From positions 1,536,001 through 1,600,000 of the forward strand of contig CAWJCS010000005.1 of NCBI GenBank assembly GCA_963841435.1: a stretch of 64,000 nt of DNA. Reading direction: 5' to 3'. The position numbers and the translations under genes were made by a program. The notes under the pieces were generated by a model that searched no databases, had not been told where the DNA came from, and saw nothing but the letters and a program-made list of their open reading frames with translations. Positions 26,895-39,511 of the stretch are shown here, piece by piece. Source of the stretch: an uncultured delta proteobacterium (GTDB lineage Bacteria > Myxococcota_A > Polyangia > Polyangiales > Polyangiaceae). How positions within the stretch are numbered: position 1 is the first letter of the stretch; the number at the start of each line of letters is the position of its first letter.

Positions 26895-29276
26895 CTAGTG
26901 GGGCACGACGGCGGTCCGCACGGCGGCGGCTTGCCCGTCCGTCGTGAAGGTCGCGCCGCCCCCACGGTCCAGGCGCAAGGCGGCGACACCGTGCCTGGCG
27001 AGGCGCTCGAGCACGGGCGCGTGCGGGTGCCCGAATCGATTGCGGACGCCTGATGAAATGGTCGCCCACGTAGGGCGAACCGCGGCGAGCAGCGCATCGC
27101 TCGTGGAAGTGCGACTGCCGTGATGGCCCGCTTTGAGGAGATCGGCGCGGAGCGCACCGCCGTAGCGCGCCACGAGGTCGCTTTCCTCGGCGCGCTCGGC
27201 GTCACCCGTCAAGAGCAGCGCGCGCGCACCGAAGCGGACGTGCAAGACGAGCGAATTGTCGTTGGCGCCGCGCCCGGGCACGTACCCCGGGCATGGCGCG
27301 AGGAGCTCGATGGTGGCTCCCCCGGCGTGCCGCGGACGACCGCAGAGCTCCGCAGGCCGCCGCACGGGGATGCCGCGCTCGCGGGCCAGCGCGAGCAGAG
27401 CCGCGTAGTCGGGACCCGCACCCTCGCGCTCGCCCTGCCCGCTGTCCCAGAGCTCGCCGACCGATACGCGCCGTAGCACCGACGCTAGCCCGCCGAAGTG
27501 GTCGGGGTGCGGATGCGTGAGCACGACGACGTCGAGGCGCGTCCGGCGTTCGGCGCGCAAGACGGGAAGCACCACGGCGGCACCGGTATCCACCGGGTTT
27601 CCCACCATGCCGCCCCCGTCGATGAGCCAGGCACTGCCGTCGGGCAGCTCGAGCAAGTTCGCATCGCCCTGGCCGACGTCGAGCGCGCTGAAGCGCACGA
27701 CACCGCGTGGCATCCCCTGGGAGCGCACCGCGAGCTCGACCAAAAAGAGCGCCACGGTGAGCACGCTGAACCAGAGGCGCCGATGGGCGCGCGAGCGCCC
27801 ACCGCCCGCGGAGAGCAGAACACCCGCGCCGCCCACCGCGAGGAGCGCGAGGTGAAACCCCGTCGGCTCGGGAACGCCGAACGCGAGCCACGTGGTCGCG
27901 GCGCTTTCCCAGGCGATGCGCTTCACGACGAGGAGCGCGCCCGAAGCCACGAGCGCAACACCGCGTTCGAGCTGAGGAAATGGGGCGAGAAGCACGTGCC
28001 CGAGGCAGAGCGGCAGCGCGATCGTCTCGCCGAACGGAGCCGCGAGCACGTTGGCGAGCACACCCGCGAACGTGAGCTCCGGGGCGAGCAGCGCGAGCAG
28101 CGGCGCGCACGGCAGCATCGACGAAAGCGTCGCCCCCACGCTCGCGCCGACGAAGCGCCCGACGCGCGAGGGAATGCGCTTCGCGTGGCGAGCGAGCACG
28201 GGGCCCACGACGAGCAGCCCGGACGTTGCCGCGGCCGACAGCAGGAACGAAATGTCGAAGGCGACGAGCGGATCGCGCGCGACGCCCACGACGAGCGAGA
28301 TCGCCAGGGTGCGCGTGGGCCGCGGTGCGCGGCCGAGCGCGCGCGTGAGGAACGCCGCCGACAACATGAACGCGGCACGCCACGCCGAGCCACTTCCCCC
28401 GGCAAAATCGGCGTAGACGAGCGCGAGCGGCACACCGAGCAGGCTCGCGAGGCGTGCGACCTCGAAGCGTACCGCGAGCGCTTCGACGCGCACGAGCAAC
28501 GCACCGAGCGCGCTCACGAGCGCCGCCACGGCGAACACCAGGTGCGTCCCGCTCACGGCAAGCATGTGCGAAAGGCCGCTCCGGCGAAACGCGGCGTCGT
28601 CCTCGGGGTCGAGATCGTTTTCTCCGAGCACGAGCGCGCGAGCCATCGGCTCCGCGTCGCGCACGAACGTCGCCGTGATCCGGGCACGGGCGCGAGCGCG
28701 GACGCGGTCAACGAGCGACGCGACGGCCCACCCCCGTTGGGTCACGTCACACGCCAGGATGGCGCCGCTCAGCGTGACACCGCGACGCGCCGCGCCCGGG
28801 AGCGGATCACGCAGCGTGGCGTTGCGGAAGAGCTGGAGCGGCGCAAGCTGCGCCACGACGTCGATGCGGTCGCCGCGGGCAAGGCCGTCGGGCGCGCCGA
28901 ACCCGCGCACCGTGACGGGCCCTTCGATGCTCCCGGCCTCGCAGTCGAGGCGCTCGAAGACGGCCACGAACGCGAGCGCGTCGCCCGAACGCGCCGGTGA
29001 GCCCGTGACGACACCGCTCCCCGCACAGCGGGAAGGCGCCCCGAGCGCGTCTCGCACGCGCACGCGCTCCGCTTCGAAAGCCGCGAGGGAATGTCCGGCA
29101 CGGAGCGACGAGAGCTCGACGAGCAGGAGAGCACCGACGAGCACCGGCCGGCTTACCCGCCGCACCAGGAGCGCCCCGAGCGCAAGCACCGCGCACCACG
29201 CCGGAGCCGGCGCCACCGCGGCCGCCTGCCCCAGAACGAGGGCACAGGACCCAACGAGCACGGCGTCCAGACGCAC
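26895..29276 (-). CDS. comEC: ComEC/Rec2 DNA-uptake channel with metallo-beta-lactamase domain
   Basis: GLSHMLAVSGTH, SFLLS, DVGQGD, THPHPDHFGG, NDNS, GDAE, GHHGSRTS and NRFGHPH. Confidence 0.95.
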   Translation of the reverse strand: MRLDAVLVGSCALVLGQAAAVAPAPAWCAVLALGALLVRRVSRPVLVGALLLVELSSLRAGHSLAAFEAERVRVRDALGAPSRCAGSGVVTGSPARSGDALAFVAVFERLDCEAGSIEGPVTVRGFGAPDGLARGDRIDVVAQLAPLQLFRNATLRDPLPGAARRGVTLSGAILACDVTQRGWAVASLVDRVRARARARITATFVRDAEPMARALVLGENDLDPEDDAAFRRSGLSHMLAVSGTHLVFAVAALVSALGALLVRVEALAVRFEVARLASLLGVPLALVYADFAGGSGSAWRAAFMLSAAFLTRALGRAPRPTRTLAISLVVGVARDPLVAFDISFLLSAAATSGLLVVGPVLARHAKRIPSRVGRFVGASVGATLSSMLPCAPLLALLAPELTFAGVLANVLAAPFGETIALPLCLGHVLLAPFPQLERGVALVASGALLVVKRIAWESAATTWLAFGVPEPTGFHLALLAVGGAGVLLSAGGGRSRAHRRLWFSVLTVALFLVELAVRSQGMPRGVVRFSALDVGQGDANLLELPDGSAWLIDGGGMVGNPVDTGAAVVLPVLRAERRTRLDVVVLTHPHPDHFGGLASVLRRVSVGELWDSGQGEREGAGPDYAALLALARERGIPVRRPAELCGRPRHAGGATIELLAPCPGYVPGRGANDNSLVLHVRFGARALLLTGDAERAEESDLVARYGGALRADLLKAGHHGSRTSTSDALLAAVRPTWATISSGVRNRFGHPHAPVLERLARHGVAALRLDRGGGATFTTDGQAAAVRTAVVPH

Positions 29277-29287
29277 ACGAGCGCCGG

Positions 29288-29303
29288 AGCACGACGTGTG
29301 CCG
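29288..29303 (-). promoter_or_regulatory. Putative sigma54 (-24/-12) promoter of comEC
   Basis: The minus strand reads CGGCACA-CGTC-GTGCT (GG-N10-GC). The predicted +1 falls at about 29277, next to the GTG start at 29276. Confidence 0.55.
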
Positions 29304-29492
29304 AGCTGCACGGCCGCGGAGGGCGCGTCACCCGGGCGGGCCGAGCGGCAGGCGGCCGCCCGGCGCCGCGCGCGGCCGCCAGGGGCGCCTCCGCCCGGAC
29401 GCGAGGTGCCGCCACGAGGGCGCTCGAGTCGCCGCGCCCCGAGGCCCGGTCAGCGCGACGGCAACTTGCCCGCGCGCGGCATCGAAGTCAGC

Positions 29493-30149
29493 TCAAGGGC
29501 CGGCGTCGCAGAGGGCCGTGCACTCTTCGGCATTGGTGCCGTAGGTGCACTCGCAGTACGAGCAGTTCGAGTCGCAGCCGCTGCAAGCGCCCGTGTTCTC
29601 GTTGCACTGATTGCCCGGGTTCTGCTCGAGGTCGCCCGAGCACGCGGCGTAGGCAGTGAGCTCCGTCTCGCACTGGGCCAGGAGCTCGTCGGTATTGAGG
29701 TCCGGCTCGACGTTGCCAGCGCAGAGCTGGCTCAAGAAGTCCTGGTAGGTCGGGCTGTGGAGGAAGCAGCGAAGCGCCGCCGCGAACTCCTCCGCGCAAA
29801 TGTCGTACTGGGCGAACGCATCCTCACAGGCGCCAGGGCAGGCCGCGATGTCGGCTGCCGTCGCCACGGCCTGGCACGAGCCGCTCGCCACGATGTTGCA
29901 AAGCTCCGTGCAGACCGCCGCCGTCGCGCCGCCTGGCGTCTGGTAGGTCGGCGGTGGATTGTCGTAGGTGGGCGGGGGCGCCTGATAACCGCCGCCGCTC
30001 GGCGGCTGGTAGCTGCCGCCCGGTGTCACGGTGTCGTCGGTCGCGCCGGGAGATTCCTGCGCGGCGTCACCCTGGGCTTTGCCCCCGCAGCCACCAGCAC
30101 CGACGCCTGCTCCGACGACCATCAGAGCGGCCATTGCAAGACGGGTCAT
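29493..30149 (-). CDS. Cys-rich lipoprotein
   Basis: AGGAGG RBS; lipobox AGGC; many CxxxC/CxxC pairs. Confidence 0.8.
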   Translation of the reverse strand: MTRLAMAALMVVGAGVGAGGCGGKAQGDAAQESPGATDDTVTPGGSYQPPSGGGYQAPPPTYDNPPPTYQTPGGATAAVCTELCNIVASGSCQAVATAADIAACPGACEDAFAQYDICAEEFAAALRCFLHSPTYQDFLSQLCAGNVEPDLNTDELLAQCETELTAYAACSGDLEQNPGNQCNENTGACSGCDSNCSYCECTYGTNAEECTALCDAGP

Positions 30150-30189
30150 GAAGCCTCCTATCGAAAGGGAACCAGTGAGTCTGACACGT

Positions 30190-30227
30190 CACGGGGCGGC
30201 CAGCCCGAAGCCGAGCCGCCGCCCCGC
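30190..30227 (-). terminator. GC-rich stem-loop after the outer-membrane protein gene (terminator or mRNA-stabilising hairpin)
   Basis: CGGGGCGGC...GCCGCCCCG inverted repeat immediately after the stop at 30240; no U tract. Confidence 0.4.
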
Positions 30228-30239
30228 GCATGAGGACCG

Positions 30240-31058
30240 TCAGAAGTAGTAGAAGGCCGCGATCCCGTTCGTGAAGATCGCCCAGGGGTTCGTGCCGGCG
30301 CTCGTCTGGAAGGCCGTGCGGCTGGATTTGTAATCGATGTCGGCTGCCGGAGCGGCGGGCGTGCTGTCGGTCGTCGTGCCCTTGTCGAGCGCGAAGCCGA
30401 GGCCGACCGAGCCCTGCAGCGACAGCTGCGGGAGACCCATGAAGCCGAAGTGGATCTCGGCGCCCGCGCGCGCGCCGATGTCGAGGTGGAAGCCGCCGTG
30501 CGAGAGGTCACCCTCGGTGGCGGAGCCGTTCGGGTCCTGGCCGAGGCTGGCGAAGCCGATGTTCGCCTCGGGCGTCAGTTGCCAGGAGAAGTGACCCGTG
30601 TTGGCGAGCGCCAGGGGAACGCCCGCGTGGATGGTGAGACCGAAGAACGAGTCGCGATCCGCCCGGAGAGCCGCCGCAGGGGGCGTTTCCGTGCTGACGC
30701 TGCCGCCAATCACGGCGAGGCCGAGGCCGACGTTGAGGCCGATCATCGAATCGAGCCAGTAGCGAACCCCCACGACGGGTGCCGCACCCGTGAAGACGTA
30801 CGGGGTCGTGTTCGCGCCGGGGCCGCCAGCGGGGATGTTCGCGCCAGCACCTGACTCGCTGATGCCGAAGTACCCGACGGCGAGCCGACCCACCATCTGG
30901 TCGTGGTCGCTGCTCGCCGATGTGGCTGCCGCGGGAGCTGCTCCGGGAAGGGAAACGCCGACGTTGCCAGAGCCGCTGGCGGCCGCGTCCTGAGCGAAGG
31001 CCCCGGTCGTCGCGGTCATCACCGCCAAGGTTGCTGCGCCAAAGATCGTGTTTCGCAT
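30240..31058 (-). CDS. Outer-membrane beta-barrel protein
   Basis: GGAGG RBS; signal peptide (AFA-Q); alternating beta strands (VGVRYW, LNVGLGL, IGARAGAEIHFG); C-terminal ...AFYYF BAM signature. Confidence 0.8.
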   Translation of the reverse strand: MRNTIFGAATLAVMTATTGAFAQDAAASGSGNVGVSLPGAAPAAATSASSDHDQMVGRLAVGYFGISESGAGANIPAGGPGANTTPYVFTGAAPVVGVRYWLDSMIGLNVGLGLAVIGGSVSTETPPAAALRADRDSFFGLTIHAGVPLALANTGHFSWQLTPEANIGFASLGQDPNGSATEGDLSHGGFHLDIGARAGAEIHFGFMGLPQLSLQGSVGLGFALDKGTTTDSTPAAPAADIDYKSSRTAFQTSAGTNPWAIFTNGIAAFYYF

Positions 31059-31203
31059 AGATTTCCTCCGATTTTCGGACGTTCATCGGCGACCCCGCGC
31101 GGGCCGCCCGTCTTAGAATGACGACCATGCTCCTCCGACTGCCCCGTGAAGGTCAACTCGAGCGCAACGCGGCGCGTCATCCACTCGCGGCTCTGAGGCT
31201 TAC

Positions 31204-32013
31204 CTGACGAAAGCACGAGAGAAATCGTCAGCCTCGAAGCTTCGCGCGGACTTGCTCGTTCTCGAGCGAGGCCTCGCGGAGACGCGCGCCAAGGCCCAGG
31301 CGCTCATTCTCGCGGGGCGGATCCTGACGGGCACGCGACGGGTGGACAAGAGCGGCGAGCTCCTGGCGCGGGACGCCCCGCTCGAGCTCAAGGCGGGCGC
31401 GCGCTACGTCTCCCGTGGCGGTGACAAGCTCGAGGGAGCCCTGGTTGCGCTGAAGGTCAATGTTTTGGGCGCGCTGTGCGCCGACGTCGGCGCCTCGACC
31501 GGCGGCTTCACCGACTGTCTGCTCCAGCACGGCGCTGCGCGCGTGCTTGCGATCGACGTGGGCCACGGTCAGCTCGCGGCGTCGCTCCGCGGCGACCCGC
31601 GCGTCGTCGTGCTCGAGCGAACCAACGCGCGCACGCTCACGGCCGAGGCGCTCGGCGGCCCGGTTGACCTCGCCGTCGTCGATGTTTCGTTCATCGGCCT
31701 CGCCAAGCTGATGCCCGCGCTCCGCTCGATTCTGCGCCCGGGCGGGCGTCTGCTCGCGCTCGTGAAACCCCAGTTCGAGGCGGGCCGCGCCGAGGTGTCA
31801 CGCGGCCGCGGGGTGATCCGAGACGAAGCCGTTCGCGAGCGCGCCATCGACGACGTTCGCACGACGCTGCGCGCGGCGGGCTTCGAGCTGCTCGCCGAGG
31901 CCGACTCCGAGCTCAGGGGGCCGAAGGGAAACCTCGAGCGCTTCGTGCTCGCGCGCCTGGCGGCACCCTCCGAGAGCGTCGCCGCTCAGCCCAAAAAGAC
32001 CCAGACATCGTAG
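31204..32013 (+). CDS. tlyA: TlyA family rRNA (cytidine-2'-O)-methyltransferase with S4 domain
   Basis: R.D.L..ERGL..TR.KAQALI.AG, YVSRGG.KL, DVGASTGGFTD, DVSFI, LVKPQFE and GPKGN.E. Start uncertain (CTG 31204 or TTG 31252). Confidence 0.93.
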   Translation: MTKAREKSSASKLRADLLVLERGLAETRAKAQALILAGRILTGTRRVDKSGELLARDAPLELKAGARYVSRGGDKLEGALVALKVNVLGALCADVGASTGGFTDCLLQHGAARVLAIDVGHGQLAASLRGDPRVVVLERTNARTLTAEALGGPVDLAVVDVSFIGLAKLMPALRSILRPGGRLLALVKPQFEAGRAEVSRGRGVIRDEAVRERAIDDVRTTLRAAGFELLAEADSELRGPKGNLERFVLARLAAPSESVAAQPKKTQTS

Positions 32014-32696
32014 AGACTGTGCGTCCACACGGCGGGCGCGAAGCCCCGGAAGGCGTAGATGACGGTGAAGACGAGCCCGCAAACCCAGCGGAAGACGAAG
32101 CTTCTGAGCTCGAACGGCTCACCGAGCGCGCCGACGTAGTGCCAGACGCTGAACGCTCCCGCCGCGAGCAGCGCCCAGACGAACGACAGAAGCCGCGCGC
32201 GCCCGAGCGGAATCGGCTCGGCGAACAACCTGAGCACCTTTGCTCCGAGACCGAAGAGGATGACTCGGAAGGCAATCTCCTCGTAGAAGCCGGCACCGAG
32301 CGACAGCACGACGGCGCCGAAGGTGCCGCCCGGCTCGCCGCCACCCTGCAAACGGAGCCGGCCGACGACGTACGCCGCCGCCATCCGCATGGCGACCGCG
32401 TACGCGATGCCTTCGAGCAGCACCCACACGAAGCGCTGAAAGTGGAGCTCGCGCTCGCGCCCCATCACGGAAAGCACCCCGACGAACACCGCACCGATGG
32501 CGAGCGTGAGACCCGCGTAACCGGCGAGGTTGTTCTCGGCGAGCGCCACGAGCTCCCGCGTCACGACATCCGCCGCGTTCTGCACGGGCAAGAACACGAC
32601 ACCGAGGTGGTAGGCGAGAAAGAGGGGCAGCGTGAGCGCGAGATCCGACCACGGGTCGCTGCGGCCGAGGCGCGGAGGGCTTGGGGCTTCCGGCAT
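31986..32696 (-). CDS. CPBP (Abi/CAAX) family intramembrane metalloprotease
   Basis: AGFYEEIAFR, FSVWH and AVWTHSLYD motifs; multiple TM helices. Confidence 0.9.
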   Translation of the reverse strand: MPEAPSPPRLGRSDPWSDLALTLPLFLAYHLGVVFLPVQNAADVVTRELVALAENNLAGYAGLTLAIGAVFVGVLSVMGRERELHFQRFVWVLLEGIAYAVAMRMAAAYVVGRLRLQGGGEPGGTFGAVVLSLGAGFYEEIAFRVILFGLGAKVLRLFAEPIPLGRARLLSFVWALLAAGAFSVWHYVGALGEPFELRSFVFRWVCGLVFTVIYAFRGFAPAVWTHSLYDVWVFLG

Positions 32697-32712
32697 GCCG
32701 AAACCGGATCGC

Positions 32713-33651
32713 TCAGGTCGGTCTCAGGTTGTAGACGACCCACATCACCAGCACGACCCAGCCGAGCACGATCGCCACGAACGGCCCGTCGCGAAGCATT
32801 TCTTGGGTGGGGCTCTCGGCGTGAGGCCTGTGCCGCACGATGTGAAGGAACCTGAACACCCCGAGCACGACGAAGACCGTGCTGAGCCACAGCCAGTCGG
32901 TGCGGAATAGCGCTCGCGTGTGCGAATCGAGCGTGTAGGCAAGGTAGGTCGCCACGGTCGCGAGAGCCGTCACGGAGAGCGCAACGTCGAGGCCACGCGC
33001 CGTGTAGTGCTCGAGCGCCTGGCGCTGGGCACCGGCATTCGACATGGCCGACGAGAGCTCCTGGCGCCGCTTGCCGAACCCCAGGAACAGCGCCAGAAGC
33101 GCCGTGCAGCCGAGCAGGTACCCCGAGACGGGAATCCGGGTCGCATAGCCGCCGGCCATGACGCGCAAAACGAAGCCCGCGGCGATGAAGCTCACGTCGA
33201 GGTACGCGACGTGCTTGAGCCGGAGCGAATACCAGACGTTCTGCCCGAAGTAGACGGCCGCGACGATCGCGAACGCGACGCCCACCGTGAGCGCCCACGT
33301 GAGCGAGATCACGATGAGAACGCCGACCATCACCCACGCCCAGGCGATGGGCACTCGCCCGGACGCGATCGGCCGAGCACGCTTGAGCGGATGGGCCCGG
33401 TCGGCTTCCCGATCCAGGATGTCGTTCAGGGTGTAGACGGCGCCGGCGAGCAGGCAGAAGATCAGGAACGCCGAGGCCGCGCGCCAGAGCAGGAACGGCG
33501 CGAAGACCTCCCTCGCGAACACCACGGGCGCGAGCACGAAGACGTTCTTCACCCACTGGTGCGGGCGGACCGTGAGCACCATGCCGCCCAGCCGGTTGGC
33601 GATCCCGTGCCGCACATCATCGGCTGGCTGACTCGGGAGCTCGGCTGGCAT
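32713..33651 (-). CDS. UbiA-family prenyltransferase (decaprenyl-phosphate phosphoribosyltransferase-like)
   Basis: RPHQWVKN, Y.LND..DREADRAHP.K..RPIASG, LKH and KRR.E. Confidence 0.92.
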   Translation of the reverse strand: MPAELPSQPADDVRHGIANRLGGMVLTVRPHQWVKNVFVLAPVVFAREVFAPFLLWRAASAFLIFCLLAGAVYTLNDILDREADRAHPLKRARPIASGRVPIAWAWVMVGVLIVISLTWALTVGVAFAIVAAVYFGQNVWYSLRLKHVAYLDVSFIAAGFVLRVMAGGYATRIPVSGYLLGCTALLALFLGFGKRRQELSSAMSNAGAQRQALEHYTARGLDVALSVTALATVATYLAYTLDSHTRALFRTDWLWLSTVFVVLGVFRFLHIVRHRPHAESPTQEMLRDGPFVAIVLGWVVLVMWVVYNLRPT

Positions 33652-33745
33652 CGAGATTTCCCGGAAAGGTAGTGCCTCCCCCGCGCTCAAGCGAGCGAAT
33701 TTTCGGGCGCGAGAGGGGCGCGAGCCCTCGGCGAAGATCACGTAA

Positions 33746-36623
<2,878 letters not shown>

Positions 36624-36627
<4 letters not shown>

Positions 36628-37868
36628 GCGCGGCGATCCTGACGACCGGGACCGAGCTCATGCGCGGCGAGCTCGTGAACGGGAACTCCGCGTGGCTCGC
36701 GGACGCGCTCAGCGAGCTCGGCTTCGAGGTTGCGGCCATCGACAGCGTCGGTGACGATGCCCCGAGCCTGCGCGCCGCGCTCGAGCGACTCGGCTGGTCA
36801 CACGACGTGCTCGTGTGCACGGGCGGCCTCGGACCCACGACCGACGATCTTACGACGAAGATCGTGGCGGAGACGCTCGGCGTCCCGCTCGTGCGCGACG
36901 AGGCGTCGCTCGAGGTCATCCGCAAGCTGCTCGAGCGCGCGGGCCGCAGCATGGCGATATCCAACGCGAAGCAAGCCGATTTCCCTCGCGGCGCGACGAT
37001 CCTGCCGAACGCGCGCGGCACGGCGCCGGGCTTCACCGTGCGACTCGGGAGCTCGCTCGCCTTCTTCTTGCCGGGCGTGCCGAGCGAGATGAAGGCCATG
37101 TTCGGAGCGTCGGTGACGCCGGCGCTCGTCACGCTGCCTCGCACACCTCAGCACCAGGTGCGCCTGCGCACCTATGGTCTGCCGGAGTCGACCATCAACG
37201 ACCGCCTGAAGGGCATCGAAACCCAGACGGGCGTCGTCATCGGCTATCGCGCAACACTCCCCGAGATCGAGGTCAAGCTCCTCGCGCGCGGCGACGACGC
37301 CGAACGACGCGCTCGCGCGGCGGCAAGCGAGGCGCGCGAGCGCCTCGGCGACGCGGTGTACGGCGAGGGACAGACGACGTTTGCGGCGGCGCTGCTCGAG
37401 CTCTTCGAAGCGCGCGCGAGCACGCTATCCCTCGCCGAATCGTGCACGGGCGGGCTCGTGGCCGAGCTCCTGACGGGCGTGCCCGGCGCGAGCCGCACGT
37501 TTTTGGGCGGCGTGGTCGCCTACGCCAATCAGGCAAAATCGGCGTTGCTCGGCGTGGATCCCGCGTTGCTCGCCACGCACGGCGCCGTGAGCGACGAGGT
37601 CGCCCGCGCTATGGCCGAAGGCGCGCGTACCCGTTTCGGCTCCGACCTCGCGCTCGGCGTCACCGGCATCGCGGGGCCCGACGGCGGGACGGCCGACAAG
37701 CCGGTGGGGCTCGTGTACATCGCCGTCGCGGGCGCTACCGGGACGCAGACGAAGGAGCTGCGCCTCGGGGGCGGCCGCGACGACGTGCGGCGCCGAGCGG
37801 CCTTCGCCGGCCTCGCGCTCCTACGCCGAGCGCTCTCGTCGCAGCTCGAGCCCGATCCGAAGCCGTGA
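36624..37868 (+). CDS. cinA: CinA: MoCF-biosynthesis-like domain fused to NMN deamidase (PncC)
   Basis: G.EL..G...N.N, TGGLGPT.DD.T, PGVP.EM, AESCTGG, GAVS..VA..MA.G and TGIAGP.GG...KPVG.V. Confidence 0.95.
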
Positions 37869-37896
37869 GGGCCCGCCCGGCGCCAGGCCGCCCCGC

Positions 37897-39408
37897 TCAG
37901 GGAAGCGGCATCGGGCTCGCGAAGTACTGCGTGACCGCGTCGCGAAACTGACCGCCGTCGGTCGTGATGTACGTCTGGTTGCCGGCGCCGACGCCGAAAA
38001 CCGCCGCGAGACCTCCCGCATCGATGAGCTCATCGACATGATTGAACAGGTAATGGACGCGGTTGTCGCGGTAGTGGCCCGCCGTACCGCCGGGCGCATC
38101 GCTCGGCACGCCGAACGGGATCTGCCACCAGATGATCGGCACCCCGAGCCCGTCGCTGAGCTCCTTCGACGCCGCGAGGTACTCGTGAAAATTCGGGCTC
38201 GTCTGATTCGATTCGTCCCAGTACCAGGGTCCGTCGTCACGCTGGCAGTTCGGGTCGACGTGCTCTTCGAAGCACCCGGCGTCCCGGTCCAGAAGATCCA
38301 TGCCGATGAAGTCGGCATCACCAGCACCGACGCCGTTCAGGAACGAAACCATCTCCGAGCGAGGGCCGGCCCACAGCGACGCATGCAGGCCGAGCAATAC
38401 TTTGGGCGCCATCATGCGACCCAGCCGGATCATGCACTTTCCGAGGCCGGCGAGGTCGTCGGTGAGGTCGTCGCATTCGCTCACGAGCGTGGTCACGTGG
38501 ACGGGGATGCTCGACGGATCGGCGTTGGCTTGCTGCTGTGCGAACGCCCAAAAATCGGGCTCGAAGTGGACGATGGCCGGTTTGTCGAACTCGGCGAGCC
38601 GCTCGTAGAGCAGCTCGAGCGTGTCCCAGTACTTTCCCATGAAGACGTCGTCGACGAGCGGATCGAGATTCGCCTCGCCGCGAGACGCCATCGTGTAGAG
38701 GTCGAACATCGGCGTGACGCCGTGCGCGTCGGCGCTGTCGGTGAGGATGTTGACGAACGTGCCCCCCGCGTTCCAGTCGGGCCAGCCCCCTTCGCCGGGT
38801 AGGCCGACAAGATAGGCGTAGTGAATGTCGAGCGTGACACCGAGCGTGTACGCGCCGTCCTGATTGTGGTCGTTGTCGAGATCGTTTCCCATGCCGATCA
38901 GAAAGTTCGGTGTCCGCCCGAGCTTCTTTGCGGCATCTGCGGCGCTGCCCGTGCCCGGAGCGCCACCGCCCGTGCCGCCACTCCCACCGCCGTCGCTGCC
39001 CGCACCTGCCGATCCGCCGTTGCTCGCGCCGCCGGCGCCGCCGCCACCCGTGCCGCTGCCGCCGCCACCCGTGCCGCTGCCACCCTTGCCGCTTGCACCA
39101 GAACCGCCGGATCCACCGCCTTTTCCAGCAGCGCCGCTCGTCCCCGAAGCGCCGCTGCCCGACCCGCCCGTGGTGCCGCCGCTGCCCCCCGCGCTCGCCG
39201 CCGCGCTCCCACCGCTACCGCCTGCGTTCGCCGCCGCGCTTCCGGCGCTGCCCCCCGCGGGCACGCCGTCCTCGCTCGATCCGGAGCCGCAACCCGAAGC
39301 GGCCCCCAGCACGAGCGCGAGCGCTGCGACACCGAGCTCGGCAGCACCGCGAGCACCGACGCGACCACCTCTCCCCACATCGGACCCACGAAACGGTTTC
39401 ATGGACAT
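37897..39408 (-). CDS. Lipoprotein with long Gly/Ser linker and putative glycoside-hydrolase-like barrel
   Basis: Lipobox ASGC; GGS-rich linker; C-terminal domain with HFEPDFW and LGVPIIWWQIPFG. The fold is inferred. Confidence 0.7.
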   Translation of the reverse strand: MSMKPFRGSDVGRGGRVGARGAAELGVAALALVLGAASGCGSGSSEDGVPAGGSAGSAAANAGGSGGSAAASAGGSGGTTGGSGSGASGTSGAAGKGGGSGGSGASGKGGSGTGGGGSGTGGGGAGGASNGGSAGAGSDGGGSGGTGGGAPGTGSAADAAKKLGRTPNFLIGMGNDLDNDHNQDGAYTLGVTLDIHYAYLVGLPGEGGWPDWNAGGTFVNILTDSADAHGVTPMFDLYTMASRGEANLDPLVDDVFMGKYWDTLELLYERLAEFDKPAIVHFEPDFWAFAQQQANADPSSIPVHVTTLVSECDDLTDDLAGLGKCMIRLGRMMAPKVLLGLHASLWAGPRSEMVSFLNGVGAGDADFIGMDLLDRDAGCFEEHVDPNCQRDDGPWYWDESNQTSPNFHEYLAASKELSDGLGVPIIWWQIPFGVPSDAPGGTAGHYRDNRVHYLFNHVDELIDAGGLAAVFGVGAGNQTYITTDGGQFRDAVTQYFASPMPLP

Positions 39409-39511
39409 CCGATGATCTTACACGAGATCGCTCATGACCGCGCGAGTTCTCGCTCTCGTGAAGCGAGGCTCGCTCCTATCGTTTTGATCTCACTTGGTTG
39501 GAGGTCGGCGC

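Noticed and set aside
38940-39260. Repetitive GCCGCC/GCCACC tracts here and at 47200-47480 and 5380-5530 as possible CRISPR or VNTR arrays
   Set aside because: They encode Gly/Ser/Ala linkers; there is no constant repeat-spacer periodicity and no cas genes.
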